Of a DNA stretch of 64,000 nucleotides, positions 1 to 11,400 are shown piece by piece (the first letter of the stretch is position 1; each line of letters starts with the position of its first letter). Source of the DNA: Podarcis bocagei (taxonomy: Eukaryota); assembly GCA_964188305.1 (NCBI GenBank), contig OZ076898.1; one strand, 5' to 3'. Under the pieces are notes generated by a model. The model saw nothing but the letters and a program-made list of their open reading frames with translations, was not told where the DNA came from and ran no database searches. The position numbers and the translations under genes were made by a program.

Positions 1-171
1 GGCTCGGTGGAATATTTATTTGTTGAATTAACTTCAGCCTAAGTCTTTAGTGTACTACTTGCAACATCTCCTTGGATACAGTCTACCCATGATTATCCAC
101 ACTCTGGCTGCTTCCAAGATAAGACCGTTGTTTATAGGGCTACCATTTAAGGCTTGACAACTTCGGTTAAT

Positions 172-322
172 TAGGAAGATAGGAAGCTGCCTTTTGCCGA
201 AACAAACCATTGCTCCATGCAAGTCAGTATAATCTGCACATACTGCACACCTACCTACAGATGTCCGGGATCCAACTTGGGATCGTCTGCATGGGAATGC
301 TCTGCCACTACGCTACAGCCCT
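172..322 (-). mobile_element. tRNA-headed SINE relic
   Basis: ggaagctgcctt...gggatccaacttgggat...tctgccactacgctacagccc; similar relics at ~892-985 and ~37040-37172. Confidence 0.55.
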
Positions 323-627
323 TCCAAGTTCAGAATATATGTGGAAGGCTCCTAACTAGGACTGGTCACCAGGAGCTTAACTGTATTTCAGTCAAAATTC
401 AAATTCAAAATTCAAAGTCCAATTCCAATCAAAATTCAAAGTGCTAGTGACTTCCTTTAAAGTCCAATGCTGCTTGGGACTAGATACATGAGGGACCATC
501 TTTGCACCAGCCTGGGTGTTAAGATCACCATCTGAAGCCGAGATACCCTGGCCAGGTGAGTGGCGATTGGAAACCACTGTGCAAGCTATGTTACCCCACT
601 TTCCCCCCGAAGGGAGAAATGGCTGTA

Positions 628-835
628 TAGTCGTACCTTGGTTCTCAACTCCCAGAACCATTCGAAAACCAAGGTGCGGCTTCCGATTGGCTGCAGGAGA
701 GTCCTGCAGCCCATCAGAAGCTGCGGAAGCCGTGCCGGACATTTGGCTTCCAAAAATCATTTGAAAACCAGAACACTCACTTCCGGGTTTCGGTTGTTCG
801 GGAGCCAAGGCGTTTTGAGATCCAAGGTACAACTG
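628..835. mobile_element. Tc1/mariner (pogo/Tigger-like) MITE
   Basis: TIR (t)agtcgtaccttgg / ccaaggtacaactg flanked by TA. Confidence 0.8.
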
Positions 836-1385
836 TAATTTAGTCGCCAGGTTATTTCTCTCTCCCTTCCCCACTGCCACACTTTATTTAAGCAGGGTAT
901 TTCCCAGACTATCTGGAGATGCCAGGGATTGAGCCTGGAACATTTTATGCACAAACTACATGTGCTTCAACTGCACCACCACACTTCCTTACACTATTAC
1001 CCAAATGGACCCTTGGGCGAGAACTTTGCCCAAATGTAAACACATGCAAGATGGGTTCTGAGACAGCAAGTGTTGTTTCATTGTTCCATGAGCTCAGGGA
1101 AGCCATCTTGACAATTTTAGAGAAAGCGAATAGAAATTTTGGAAACAGGTGGGGTGGCTGGGTAATGCAAGGTACATTTCAGAGTTCATCAATTTGAGAT
1201 TTCTGCATCCTTTAAATTTGAGATACCATAACTAAAGACCCAAGCATTAGAAATAACTGAAATCCACATCCAGGGCTAAAGAAAAATCAATGAACTTAAT
1301 TTCATCTAAGATAATTTAGCCAGCCTGATGGTCCATAAACAATTATCTTGATTAGAGGTGCAGCTCCTGAGCATGCTGGTATTTC

Positions 1386-1478
1386 ATAGAATCATAGACT
1401 TGTAGAGTCAGAAGGGACTGCGAGGGTCATCGTCCAACCCCCTGCAATGCAGGAATCTCAACTAGATCATACATGACA
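1386..1478 (-). mobile_element. CR1 LINE 3' end
   Basis: catagaatcatag tail repeat plus conserved tccaacccctgcaatgcagg. Confidence 0.8.
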
Positions 1479-3867
1479 CATGTTCCATAAAACTTAAAAA
1501 CCAAATGCTAACCTAGTCTGTAAAAAAGAAGCTGTCTTTCATCTTCCCTTTGTTTGCTCTAGGCAGATGCTTGAGCTGAAGGCAATAGCTGAACACTAGT
1601 GAAGAAAGGAAGATAGTGGGAGCACCATCACTAAGCCATAGGCGGCCACAGAATGTGAAGTTATGGAGAACACAGACTGGACAGAAGTAGGAATGCTTGT
1701 TTTGAACTAGTAGGCTGGAAGGTGCCACAGCCAGCCTGGTTATGAAGAAGGCTGAGGTGTCCTCCCACCATTAAGGACCTGCTAATTTTGTTCCAAGTAT
1801 GTTCCTGGGCCCTAAATTCCAGCTCAGGCATCTGAAGGGCAGTGAAGGTTACATGCAAGGTTAAGAGTGTTTGATCCAGCACAATGTCATGTTTTTCAAA
1901 ACAGCACTTCAGAGCGTGTGTTCAAAGAAAGCTGGCACAGGATGTATATGGCTCAACACCATTTAGGAGGTGGCAGCTGAACCAGGTGACAGAGTAGAAG
2001 GTAATCAACTGGCTCACAGTGTCCAACCTCAAGACTTGACAACGCAGTATCAAGTTGCAGCATTAAGTGTGAGAGTGTTAACTAGGGCAGCCCACCCACA
2101 AACCTCTTCAAAAGGCCCGTAAAAAGCAACACGGGCACAAATGCTTAGTGGTTAGGGGGTGGGGTCAATAGTCAATGCCAATGGTTAATTCCTTGCTGCT
2201 TTGTTCTGCAAGGCAACAAGAGCCAGGTAGGTAGACATCAACTTTTGTAACATAGCACTGTGTTAATAAAGGTTCCTTGACAGTGTGTTGCACAATAGGT
2301 ATGTGGTTCTCATCCCTCTCTCCACATTAAAGTGCAGACACCCATTTAAAGACATCTCCTCCTTAGAGTGGAATGTGCATGCTCAACTCCTAACAGTCTA
2401 TGGCTTTTGAAATATGTCTAACCTCTAATTCAGGGGTGGGTGATGTTTCTTGGTTCAAGAACTGCATTTCTCTTTAGCCAACCCTCTGAGGCCACATGTC
2501 AGTCACATATTCTCTCTCTCTCTCTCTCTCTTTTACACACCCACCCACACACCACACCCCTCCAAAGGCAATTCATGCAGATCAGTTGAGAGGGCTGAAT
2601 GCCCCCTACCCACTCATCATATAAATGAGTTGATGATGGGAGGAGGCAATTTATTAATTATTAGATTTATATACCACCCTCCTTCAAAAGATCTCAGGGC
2701 GGTAAACAGGATAGAAACACATCCAAACCAGGGTGCTAGGCTGGGCAGATTTTCACCAAAATCAGGAAGGCGGGGAGTGCATGTCAAAAGCATTTGCTTG
2801 AGGGGCCAGATCAGGCCTCTGAACCAAAGGTTAGTGATCCCTGCATTTCTGTGAGACAGCTTTCATACAAACAACCACACCGGCAGCCAGAACAGAATCG
2901 TCACATGGAATATAGGTAACCCGCTTCTTATGCTTATTTTATTTATGCAATCACAGCTTTATGCAGTGTAGGAAATAAATAAATGGAGATAGGAAGAAAC
3001 CCTCTCTCAATTTAATTATTCCACACACACACACACACACGCACAAAGCTGCAATAATGGGTTTACCTCCCTTTGGAAGGCAGTGAGAGGGCTCTGGAAG
3101 CATCCCAGAGCCCTAGCAGTAAGTGAGGTGCAGGGCTTTGGGAAGGAGAGGGGACTCTGGCAGGGTCCTAGAGCCTGCCCTCCTCCTTCTCAAAGGAGCA
3201 GAAGCACTTAGTAGGCTTTGTGGAGGCGGCGGAGGACTCTAGGACCCAGCCAGCACCCTCCCAATTCCTTCCCCAAGCCTGCCTTTTTGTAGTCAGGCAG
3301 ATGATCCAATACATGTAGCTGGATCTAGACTTGCTGGCTGAATTTAGATTTTACTGACATCCCTGAGGTAAGTCATTATTTAAGTTTCATATATTATAAC
3401 AGAAAAAAGTGCAAACAGCACATTCCACTAAGCAGTTCTCCTGTGCAAGCTCCATTAAAATGAAATGCAAAAAAGCACACGCTTGCTAATTAACATGAAG
3501 CACAAACCATTGGAAATTTCCCCCACAGCAGCCCTACTGACATCAATATGAGCTGTCAAAGAGCTGATTTATTTCAATGGGACTTGTGCAAGAGAATGTC
3601 CCAGTACCTTGTGCCCCATAGGTTAAATGTACTTTATTCCACCTATGCTACCATTAATGACACCCAAAATCTCTCATATGAAGCAGCCACCTGACTTTGT
3701 GGCATTGCAGAGTGACCTCTGGCTCTGAAGCATTTGAAGTGATAGCAGAATTAAAGATAAATAGGGAAGACCCTCATCCTTGCATATTACAGCCCATCAA
3801 AACGGATTCAGTGTCACGGCAAGACAGCCCAAGGTACGTACAAAAAAAAAAAGTTTCCAGCTTTTCC

Positions 3868-3925
3868 ACCACCACACACATACCAAAACCAAGACTTCAG
3901 TTTCACATTGACTTTCCTTTTTATT
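3868..3925 (-). terminator. Distal polyadenylation signal AATAAA (3920-3925) with downstream GU-rich element
   Basis: Minus strand reads GTTAATAAAAAGG...~25 nt...TCTTGGTTTTGGTATGTGTGTGGTGGT, the classic PAS plus GU-rich layout. Confidence 0.8.
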
Positions 3926-5048
3926 AACGCCAACTTGTCTGAATTTTTTCCTTTTGTTTTTCTTTTAAAACAATAGCACAAAAAATGTGTTTCCAGGGAA
4001 GCAGTTTGACAGCTAGTATCTGATGACCTTCTGAAATAACAGTTAAAGCCACACCAAATATGAATTCCTTTTTAAAAAGATGCTTTTTAAAAAAGGGAAC
4101 TGTAAACGTCTGTGGGAGGAGTGGTGTCGGGTTTGAAATCTGGTTAGCAGGAACATGCTACTCTGGTAAGCAACTGATGGCACACAACTTAGAATTTCAT
4201 CATCATGCCAGCTAGTACAAGTTTTAAGGCTTCTGAATCAAATTACCAAACGTCACCAAAGAAAGGGGGGGTTGGAAAGCTGCAGTCACAAGGTATTTAG
4301 GGGTGGTGTTTTGGTTTTCAAACAGGGTGAGTCTTTCAGACAAACTACAGTGTTATGCATAAAGGGGACCAGCCATAACAGCGGCCCAGAAGGATCCAGT
4401 CACAGTACTAAATCTTTATTTGCATGCAGTGGGAGGATATAATTTAAAGAATGAGAAAAAGGTGGCATGAATTGTTTATTTTTGTTTTTTTCATGTGGCT
4501 GAAAAAGATGTTTTCATACAGGGTTCTGTATTTTTTTTAAAAATCTGTAAGAAGGACATCAGCAAATGAAATCAAAAGAAGAGAGGGGCAGGCAGAGACA
4601 GAATATTTGATTTCTCCTTCCCTCAAAAGATAGTGAGACAAGAGATTGGGAAGGGCAGGACTCTTACAAACCTTCAAATATAATCTGAGATTACAGGTCA
4701 TCTCCAGAAACACCCAACTCGGCACTACCCACTGGGTTGTGTGCCAAGATGCCTTTCATTATTGAACCAATCCACAAAACACGTACATGTTTTTGCTGTC
4801 TTGTAGTGTGCTCTCTGGCGTGCTCAGAGGCATTAACCTATTCCTGCCCTCGACGTGCCACAGAATTCAACTTGCCTAGAAACCACTGGTTTCCCTGCTT
4901 CTGCTTCTTCTTTTTTTTAGAAAATGGGAGAGGGATGGTTAAAAAATCATCAGTAAGTGTAAAGAAAGGAGGGGTGTTAAATATTTTGACCACTGACAAG
5001 GCTTAAGGAAGTTTCACAGTTTTGTTATCCTCTATTTTATTACCATTA

Positions 5049-5056
5049 TATTTACA
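5049..5056 (-). promoter_or_regulatory. Pumilio response element UGUAAAUA
   Basis: Plus strand tatttaca; exact UGUAHAUA consensus in the 3'UTR. Confidence 0.45.
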
Positions 5057-5110
5057 GGGTGTTTCTGTTTTTGCTGAATTGTTGATAATTTTTTTAATAG
5101 AATTTAGTTC

Positions 5111-5120
5111 TGGAGTGTGA
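5111..5120 (-). promoter_or_regulatory. miR-122 8mer target site (extended 10-nt match)
   Basis: Plus strand tggagtgtga equals miR-122 nt 1-10, so the mRNA carries UCACACUCCA. Confidence 0.6.
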
Positions 5121-5136
5121 GCAGGAACCAGTTAAC

Positions 5137-5147
5137 TACATTCATTG
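5137..5147 (-). promoter_or_regulatory. miR-181 8mer target site
   Basis: mRNA CAAUGAAUGUA pairs with miR-181b nt 2-11 (ACAUUCAUUG) and has A opposite position 1. Confidence 0.6.
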
Positions 5148-5282
5148 TCCAATCCCCTTGGTTTGAGAAAAGACTCCAATTTCCTTGGCGTATGATTCAG
5201 CTGTCGGGTAGCAGCTCCTCCTCCTCGCACCGAGGCAGTTGGGCCACAGCAGTTGGGATGTCAGAGGTGGGTGAGGGTGGGC

Positions 5283-5435
5283 TCACACAGCAGTCGGTGA
5301 GGCCTTGCGCTGCAGGAGGTACTGGTGGAGATTTTCGGCATCGCGCTTCAGCCATGCAGCGTTCAACAGAATGTTTTCACAGCACTGCTGGATGGTGCGC
5401 TCAGCTGACGGAGCTGGGTGACTCTCAAAGAAAGC
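5283..5435 (-). CDS. NPEPPS: NPEPPS exon 23 coding part [50 protein letters not shown]
   Basis: Acceptor tatAG; TGA stop at 5283-5285. Confidence 0.97.
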   Translation of the reverse strand, partial: AFFESHPAPSAERTIQQCCENILLNAAWLKRDAENLHQYLLQRKASPTAV

Positions 5436-8400
5436 CTATATAAAACGAAACAACATCCACTGGGAGTTCCACATATGTCATTTTAATAAGTTTGAATCTT
5501 AGGATAGAGGTCTCAGTTCCACAGGAAATAAAAGTTTAGGGTGTGTGTGTTTTTTTAAAAAATACAAGGTGGGCAAAAAAGGCAGAACCTAACTACAAGA
5601 ACAGGGACTGCTCAGTTGGGCATGTGTATCTGGATACAACCAACAGAGCATGTTTACCATTAAGGCAACAGTAAATGCTTTTGCAAGTTTCTGCTTAAAA
5701 TTGTCTTGATTTTTCTATGTTGTCACAATGAGAAGATATCCTATACTCCCAGGGAGAAAGGCAGGTGTTACGTTTGCAGCCATGGATAAGTTTTTTTTGT
5801 AACAATAAATTGTCCTTATGCTTATTCGAGTAGGTAAAAAAGTAAAGGACCCCTGGACAGTTAAGTCCAGTCAAAGGCGACTATTGAGTTGCGGTACTCA
5901 TCTCGCTTTCAGGCCGAGGGAGCCGGCGTTTGTCCACAGACAGCTTTCCGGGTCATGTGGCCAGCATGAGTAAACCGCTTCTGACACAATGGAACACCGT
6001 GACGGAAACCAGAGCGCACGGAAAAGCCGTTTACCTTCCCACCGCAGAAATGCCTGTTTATCTACTTGCACTGGCATGCTTTTGAACTGTTTTGAACTGT
6101 TAGGTTGGCAGGAACTGGGAGTTCACTCCATCACAGGGATTCGAACCGCCAACCTTCTGATCGGCAAGCCCAAGAGGCTCAGTGGTTTAGACCACAATGC
6201 CACCTTCAAGTACCCAAGGTGATGGATAGATGACAGCAAAACAATAAATATATTCTGGCATATATTCATCCATCTCAGGACATTTAAACTACATAGAAAT
6301 GTGGGTATGGGGCTAGTTTTCACAGAGAACTAATTAGCAAAATCAATCTTTGCTAAGGTTAGAACAGTGTTCATCAGGGCCTTGCAGACTGCTGAAGAAT
6401 ATGTAGAGCACATTCAATATGCACTTCCACAGACCAAGTGAGGTTTACTAGGTCTTGATCACTATAATAACCCCAAATGCCATTGCCTCCAAATCTCTCT
6501 CTGATTTGAATGCCCTCCCATCAGATGTCAATGAAATAAACAACTATCTGAGTTTTAGAAGACATCTGAAGGCAGCCCTGTTTAGGGAAGTTTTTAATGT
6601 CTGATGTTTTATCATGTTTTAAATATTCTATTGGGAGCTGCCCAGAGTGGCTGGGGAAACCCAGCCAGATGGGCGGGGTAATAAAATAATAACAAAAAAT
6701 GATGATGATGATGTATTTCTGTGAGACAGCTATAATTAAATCCTACCTTTACCCAGCTATAATTCAGTGACCACCACTATGGGCAGTAGAACAGTGCAAC
6801 AGGCAACTTAAATGTCCCAACACTTTGAGTGACAGTGGTTTATGGCCCCAACTATTCTGTGCACCCCTCATTGTGATATGATAGCCAATTAATCCCTTTG
6901 CAGCACAACCCTGGGGAAAAGAACTCTCCCTATAGTGTAACATGCTTAAAACTGATTTTTTAGAAAAAGTCAAGTCTGTAACCATGGCAATTTCCTTCAA
7001 CTACCTGCTTTGGTCATTCAATCCTTACATAAGACAAAATCAATTCACATCGATTGGCTTCTTTGCACACTTGATTTTATTTATTGGGAGAATGCCGAGT
7101 CAGGAAAGAGAGTTCTAGAATACCTTGCTCTGACATATATTTGTCCTTGCCCCTACTTCCTCTCACAATGAGGATGCCCCAACAGTGTGCACAGAGGAAT
7201 GAGGTCAGGCATATCACCCCTTCATTGGCCTCTAAATGCACAGGCCCTGGCAATGCCATCAGCCAAGATGTAGATCAGACTGTCTTACCTTAACCTCTGC
7301 AGCCATTTTGTCAATTGCAAATCCATCCACCGATAGCTGAAAAACAAGGAATGCACAATAAATCAGGAGGGGAGGGAACTTTTTAAAGCCTCGTATTTTC
7401 AATGACTGCTGTAGTCAAAACTTTTTGTGCGCGCACCTTTATTAGCCGGGATATTAAGAACCCTCCTTGGTAGCGATTATAGAGTTCCTCCCAGTTGTCT
7501 CTGACAAACTTCCAGGCAGCTTTCCTGCCCTGCTTACTGCCTCCGGCCACTCCACCAATGACAGATACTGTGTCCTGAGGACGTACCTCTTCCTGCAAAA
7601 TGGAGTAAGAAATTGCAGGTAATTCTAGCAGCCTTGAATCCACATTTAAGTTCCCCACACACCATCCAAGAGATGCCATCAGGTGCAGCTGCAGCACCAG
7701 CTTGCCTACTTAACTAGTCTGGGGAAGCAGCATTCAGATATTCTTGCTTCATTTAACTCACTTGCCTGCTTCTCTGTGTTGCAAAGGATTCTGGGAAGTC
7801 TTCTAGGACACACCCTCCGTTGATGGCATTGCTAGCCAGGCCTCTTGGGCCTCACTGTTGCACTGTGTTCACTGCTATAACTAGATGTTTAGAAGCAGAA
7901 GGAAGGGGAATGGTATGGGATGGTTGGTTTTGGTGGCAGCCCCATGTGTATTAATCAACCATGCTGTGGAGCAGGGGGGCATTCTAACAGCAACGGACTA
8001 TTCCCACAGCCAGTTTCAGCAGTAAATATTTCAATTATGTAATGGTCACATGGCCATTCCAGAGGAGATGCAATTATTGCTATTTCTCAGTCATTTAGGC
8101 CTGTGAAGCTGCAAGTATCCCACACTTCTCTACAATTAGACTGAAGATTCTACTCCTAGGCAATCCAGTCTCTTTCAAGCACCAGAAGAAAACAGCACCA
8201 ACCACTGATTAATCTTCCAAGGTATCATTGGCCACACGTGAACCGGCCTACAATGGAACACTCAGCAGTAAACCACAGTAAACTACTAGTGCAAGCCTAC
8301 CACTACTTTAGTTTAACTAGTTGCTAGTTCTCAGACATCCAGAGGAAGATATTAACATACGCCTAATGTATGATCCAATTCTGAAAAAAATACATGGGCA

Positions 8401-11400
8401 GGGAGGCCAATCACTCTGAACCTGCTTTGAACTCTTTACACCTCTCGCAGCTTTGTGTCATTGCTCCTCCCTCTGTCTCTTCCTTTTCAGCTTATTTTGC
8501 ATTAATTTTATGTCTTCTCCTTGCTATGGAAGATATGCAGGGCAAGTGATGTACCAATTGCTGCTCAATTTCCCTTTGGTTTCTTTCTCATCAAGCTGTG
8601 CATATATGTTCCAACCCAACGTTAACTAACTTTTCTAAAAAATGAAGTCCAGTGCTGTGGCGTGAGGATTTTGAGTCTTGTGAGAATACCAGTAATCATT
8701 TAGGAATGTACAATATGTATTTGTGGTACAGTGGTACCATGGTTCTCAAAAGCCTTGGTAGTCAAACAACTTGGAACCCAAACACTGTAAACCCAGAAGT
8801 AAGTGTTCCGGTTTGCAAACTTTTTTCAGAAGCCAAGCATGCACTGTTTTGAGTGCCACATTTCCGTTTTGAGTGTTACACTGAGGTCTGTCTGTTTTTA
8901 CTATTTATTTTGCATTTCTGTAGTTTTTTTTGGATGGTGTGGAACCCAGTTCAGCTACTGATTGATTGAGTGTGCGACTTGTTTTTAAAAGTCTGGAACC
9001 GATTAATCCATTTTGCATTACTTTCTATGGGAAAGCGTGCCTTGGTTTTGGAATTGACTTCTGAAATGGATTAAGTTTGAGAACCAAGGTACCACTGTAC
9101 ATTGATTTTGATGTGTATGATAGAAGCCATAAAAGTAAAAAAATGTAAATCAAGATTCTCAGGATCTTGAAAACAGGCACCCGGTAAATTCCATGTTTAT
9201 GCAACTGCCGATGCATGGGACACACACAACCGAGCATTTTGTTGGTTACTCACTGAAAGTGCAAAAGTGAGAACTTTCTGTATTAACTCCGGCTGAGATA
9301 TTGCGCCAAGTACACGTTCTATTCGGTTCTTCTCTTCCTGCATATCAGCTTGCTTGTGGAGCTGAAAGAAATCAAACAGAGCAAGTGACAAGGCTCTTTC
9401 TCTGCCACAAGCAATCACCCTCTCTGCTTCAAGCTCAAGTCAGTGAAGCTAAATTAGAAACCTGACATGTGGTACACTGGCAAACCTGCTCAGCCTCTGG
9501 GAGCATGGCCAACGGGTAATCCACACAGGAATATTTGCCACTTAGTTTAGTGGGGGTCAAACAGAGGCCGCACTTCCGAATAACTGCACATCTGATATGG
9601 CAACAGAGCCACTAGGAGGCACCCTAGCTCCATGCGGTGGTGAAATGAGAGCCATTTCCAAATAACCCACAGTGCTACCTATATTTAACTGAGCTACTTC
9701 TCTCTTGCTGAATTTAAGTGAGCATTATTAAGGGCAACTACTGTTCACATGACAGAACAAAAAAGCACACACTATCAAAACCACCTGTGCCCTTCATCAT
9801 GAATGCATTACCGACCTGGGCTCATCACATTCATTTATAGATGGATTCTTCCCTGTTATTTTTCATGCACAGAAATGCAAAGAACACACTCACCTTTAGC
9901 ATAGTGTCTAAGGTTGTACTGTCACCGTGCTTCAAAACAGTTACATATACCTGGAAAGAATGATATTAAAAGGATTAAAAATCAATTTCTCAAGGAGCAC
10001 ATTTACTACCATTCAGTTTTAAAGCATCCTCACTTTTAGATTTCACCCTGCTGCCCCTCCAAACTCTGCCTAGGAATTTCAGAAACCACTGGAAGCATGT
10101 GAACTCGCCCCATGCAATCAGTATATGTTCTGCTTGCACAATTAAAAACTTCTAAATAGATATATTAGCAGCTGCTCAAGGAAACTTACTGGCCAACCAT
10201 GCAGGAAACTTACATGGTTACTCAACACTGTATAAAAGACAGGATTTGTATACAGGCAAGGGACGCAGAGGACAGGGGGTAGGGGGGAAAGAATACAGAT
10301 CCTTTAAGGAGAAAAGGGTGTCTTAATGCAACCTACAGGACTTCTCAGATCAGCGGAGAGGATGTGCTTCCCTTCCACGTGGTCCTTAAACCGGCGCCGA
10401 GCTTCTTCCACGGTTGCCTTATGGCCGGCTTTTCCTAGCTTGCCCAGAACTAAACCCCTCAGAAGTGCATCTAGATGGCCTGATGAAAAAACAAAAAAAT
10501 ATGTTTATTTTTAAAGGATTAGCAGCATTTCTTACTGGAGTTTTTTTGGGGGTGTGTGTCACAAAATCTGAACTGAAAAGGACATGATATTATCAGTTCA
10601 TCAAAAATCAGGGCTTGGAGTCAGGGCTTTGTTTGTGACCTGGCTTCTACACAATGCTTGCTAGTCTTCCTGTTCCTAAACTCCAGCAATGGAGCTTTCA
10701 TATACAATTTCAGGTGTGGTACAGGTGGGTGTGACTTTGGGAAAACATCCTTGTGAGCCAAATCAGGACCCCCTGCTGCACATAAATAAGCCGAAAGGCT
10801 GAAATGTTCCCCCACCACTGATGTAAGCCTCTGGAAGTCTATTTGGACACAGTGAAATTGGCAGGGCAAAGATTCATAGTGCTGAAATCTCACAGCAGAG
10901 AAACTTCCGTACCCTCGCCAGGTCTGGGGTCCCAGCCCAGCTTCTCTCCTATGGGTGAAAATATATCACGGACGAACGCCTGGATCTCCTCATAGAAGTC
11001 TGTGTGGGACAAGAGAGTCGAGAGAATCCCCAGGTTACAGCTCAGGTCGCTCCATACGGTATAGTTGGGCTCATTCACAAATGCTTCCATGACTTTTAGA
11101 ACCTCTACAGTGCTAATAATTCCAGATCGGGCCTGAGAGAGGAAAAGAAACAAGTTACACTCATCTCCCAAACCAAAATGAATTAAGGCTTACCGCAAAG
11201 AAAGCTCTTTTGTGTTTCTTCCTCGTATCTGGAGACTGGATGTTGACTGCGCCTTTTGCAGGAGGCAGGGGCAGAGAAAGGACAGCGCTACTTCGCATGG
11301 GACTGGAATCAGTGTGTTTTAGTCGGAATACAGAGTTGGTTTCCAGCCATGTGACCAACCTGGAAGACTAACCATGCCTTCTTTCTTTTGCAGGATATTT

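Larger units (their letters stand above)
3900..5282 (-). other. NPEPPS: NPEPPS 3'UTR (~1.4 kb)
   Basis: No recognisable repeat between the stop codon and the distal AATAAA; 3' boundary approximate. Confidence 0.75.

Noticed and set aside
394-441. Degenerate (caaaatt/caaatt) repeat
   Set aside because: Short low-complexity tract without spacers; not CRISPR-like or otherwise structured
5142-5285. In-frame open stretch after the TGA (possible readthrough)
   Set aside because: Stop context is TGA-GCC, not the TGA-CTAG readthrough motif, and an open stretch of this length is unremarkable
2845-6731. 17-bp exact repeat atttctgtgagacagct at 2845-2861 and 6715-6731 flanking the last exon
   Set aside because: It cannot be a TSD around a native exon, and one such match in 64 kb is compatible with chance
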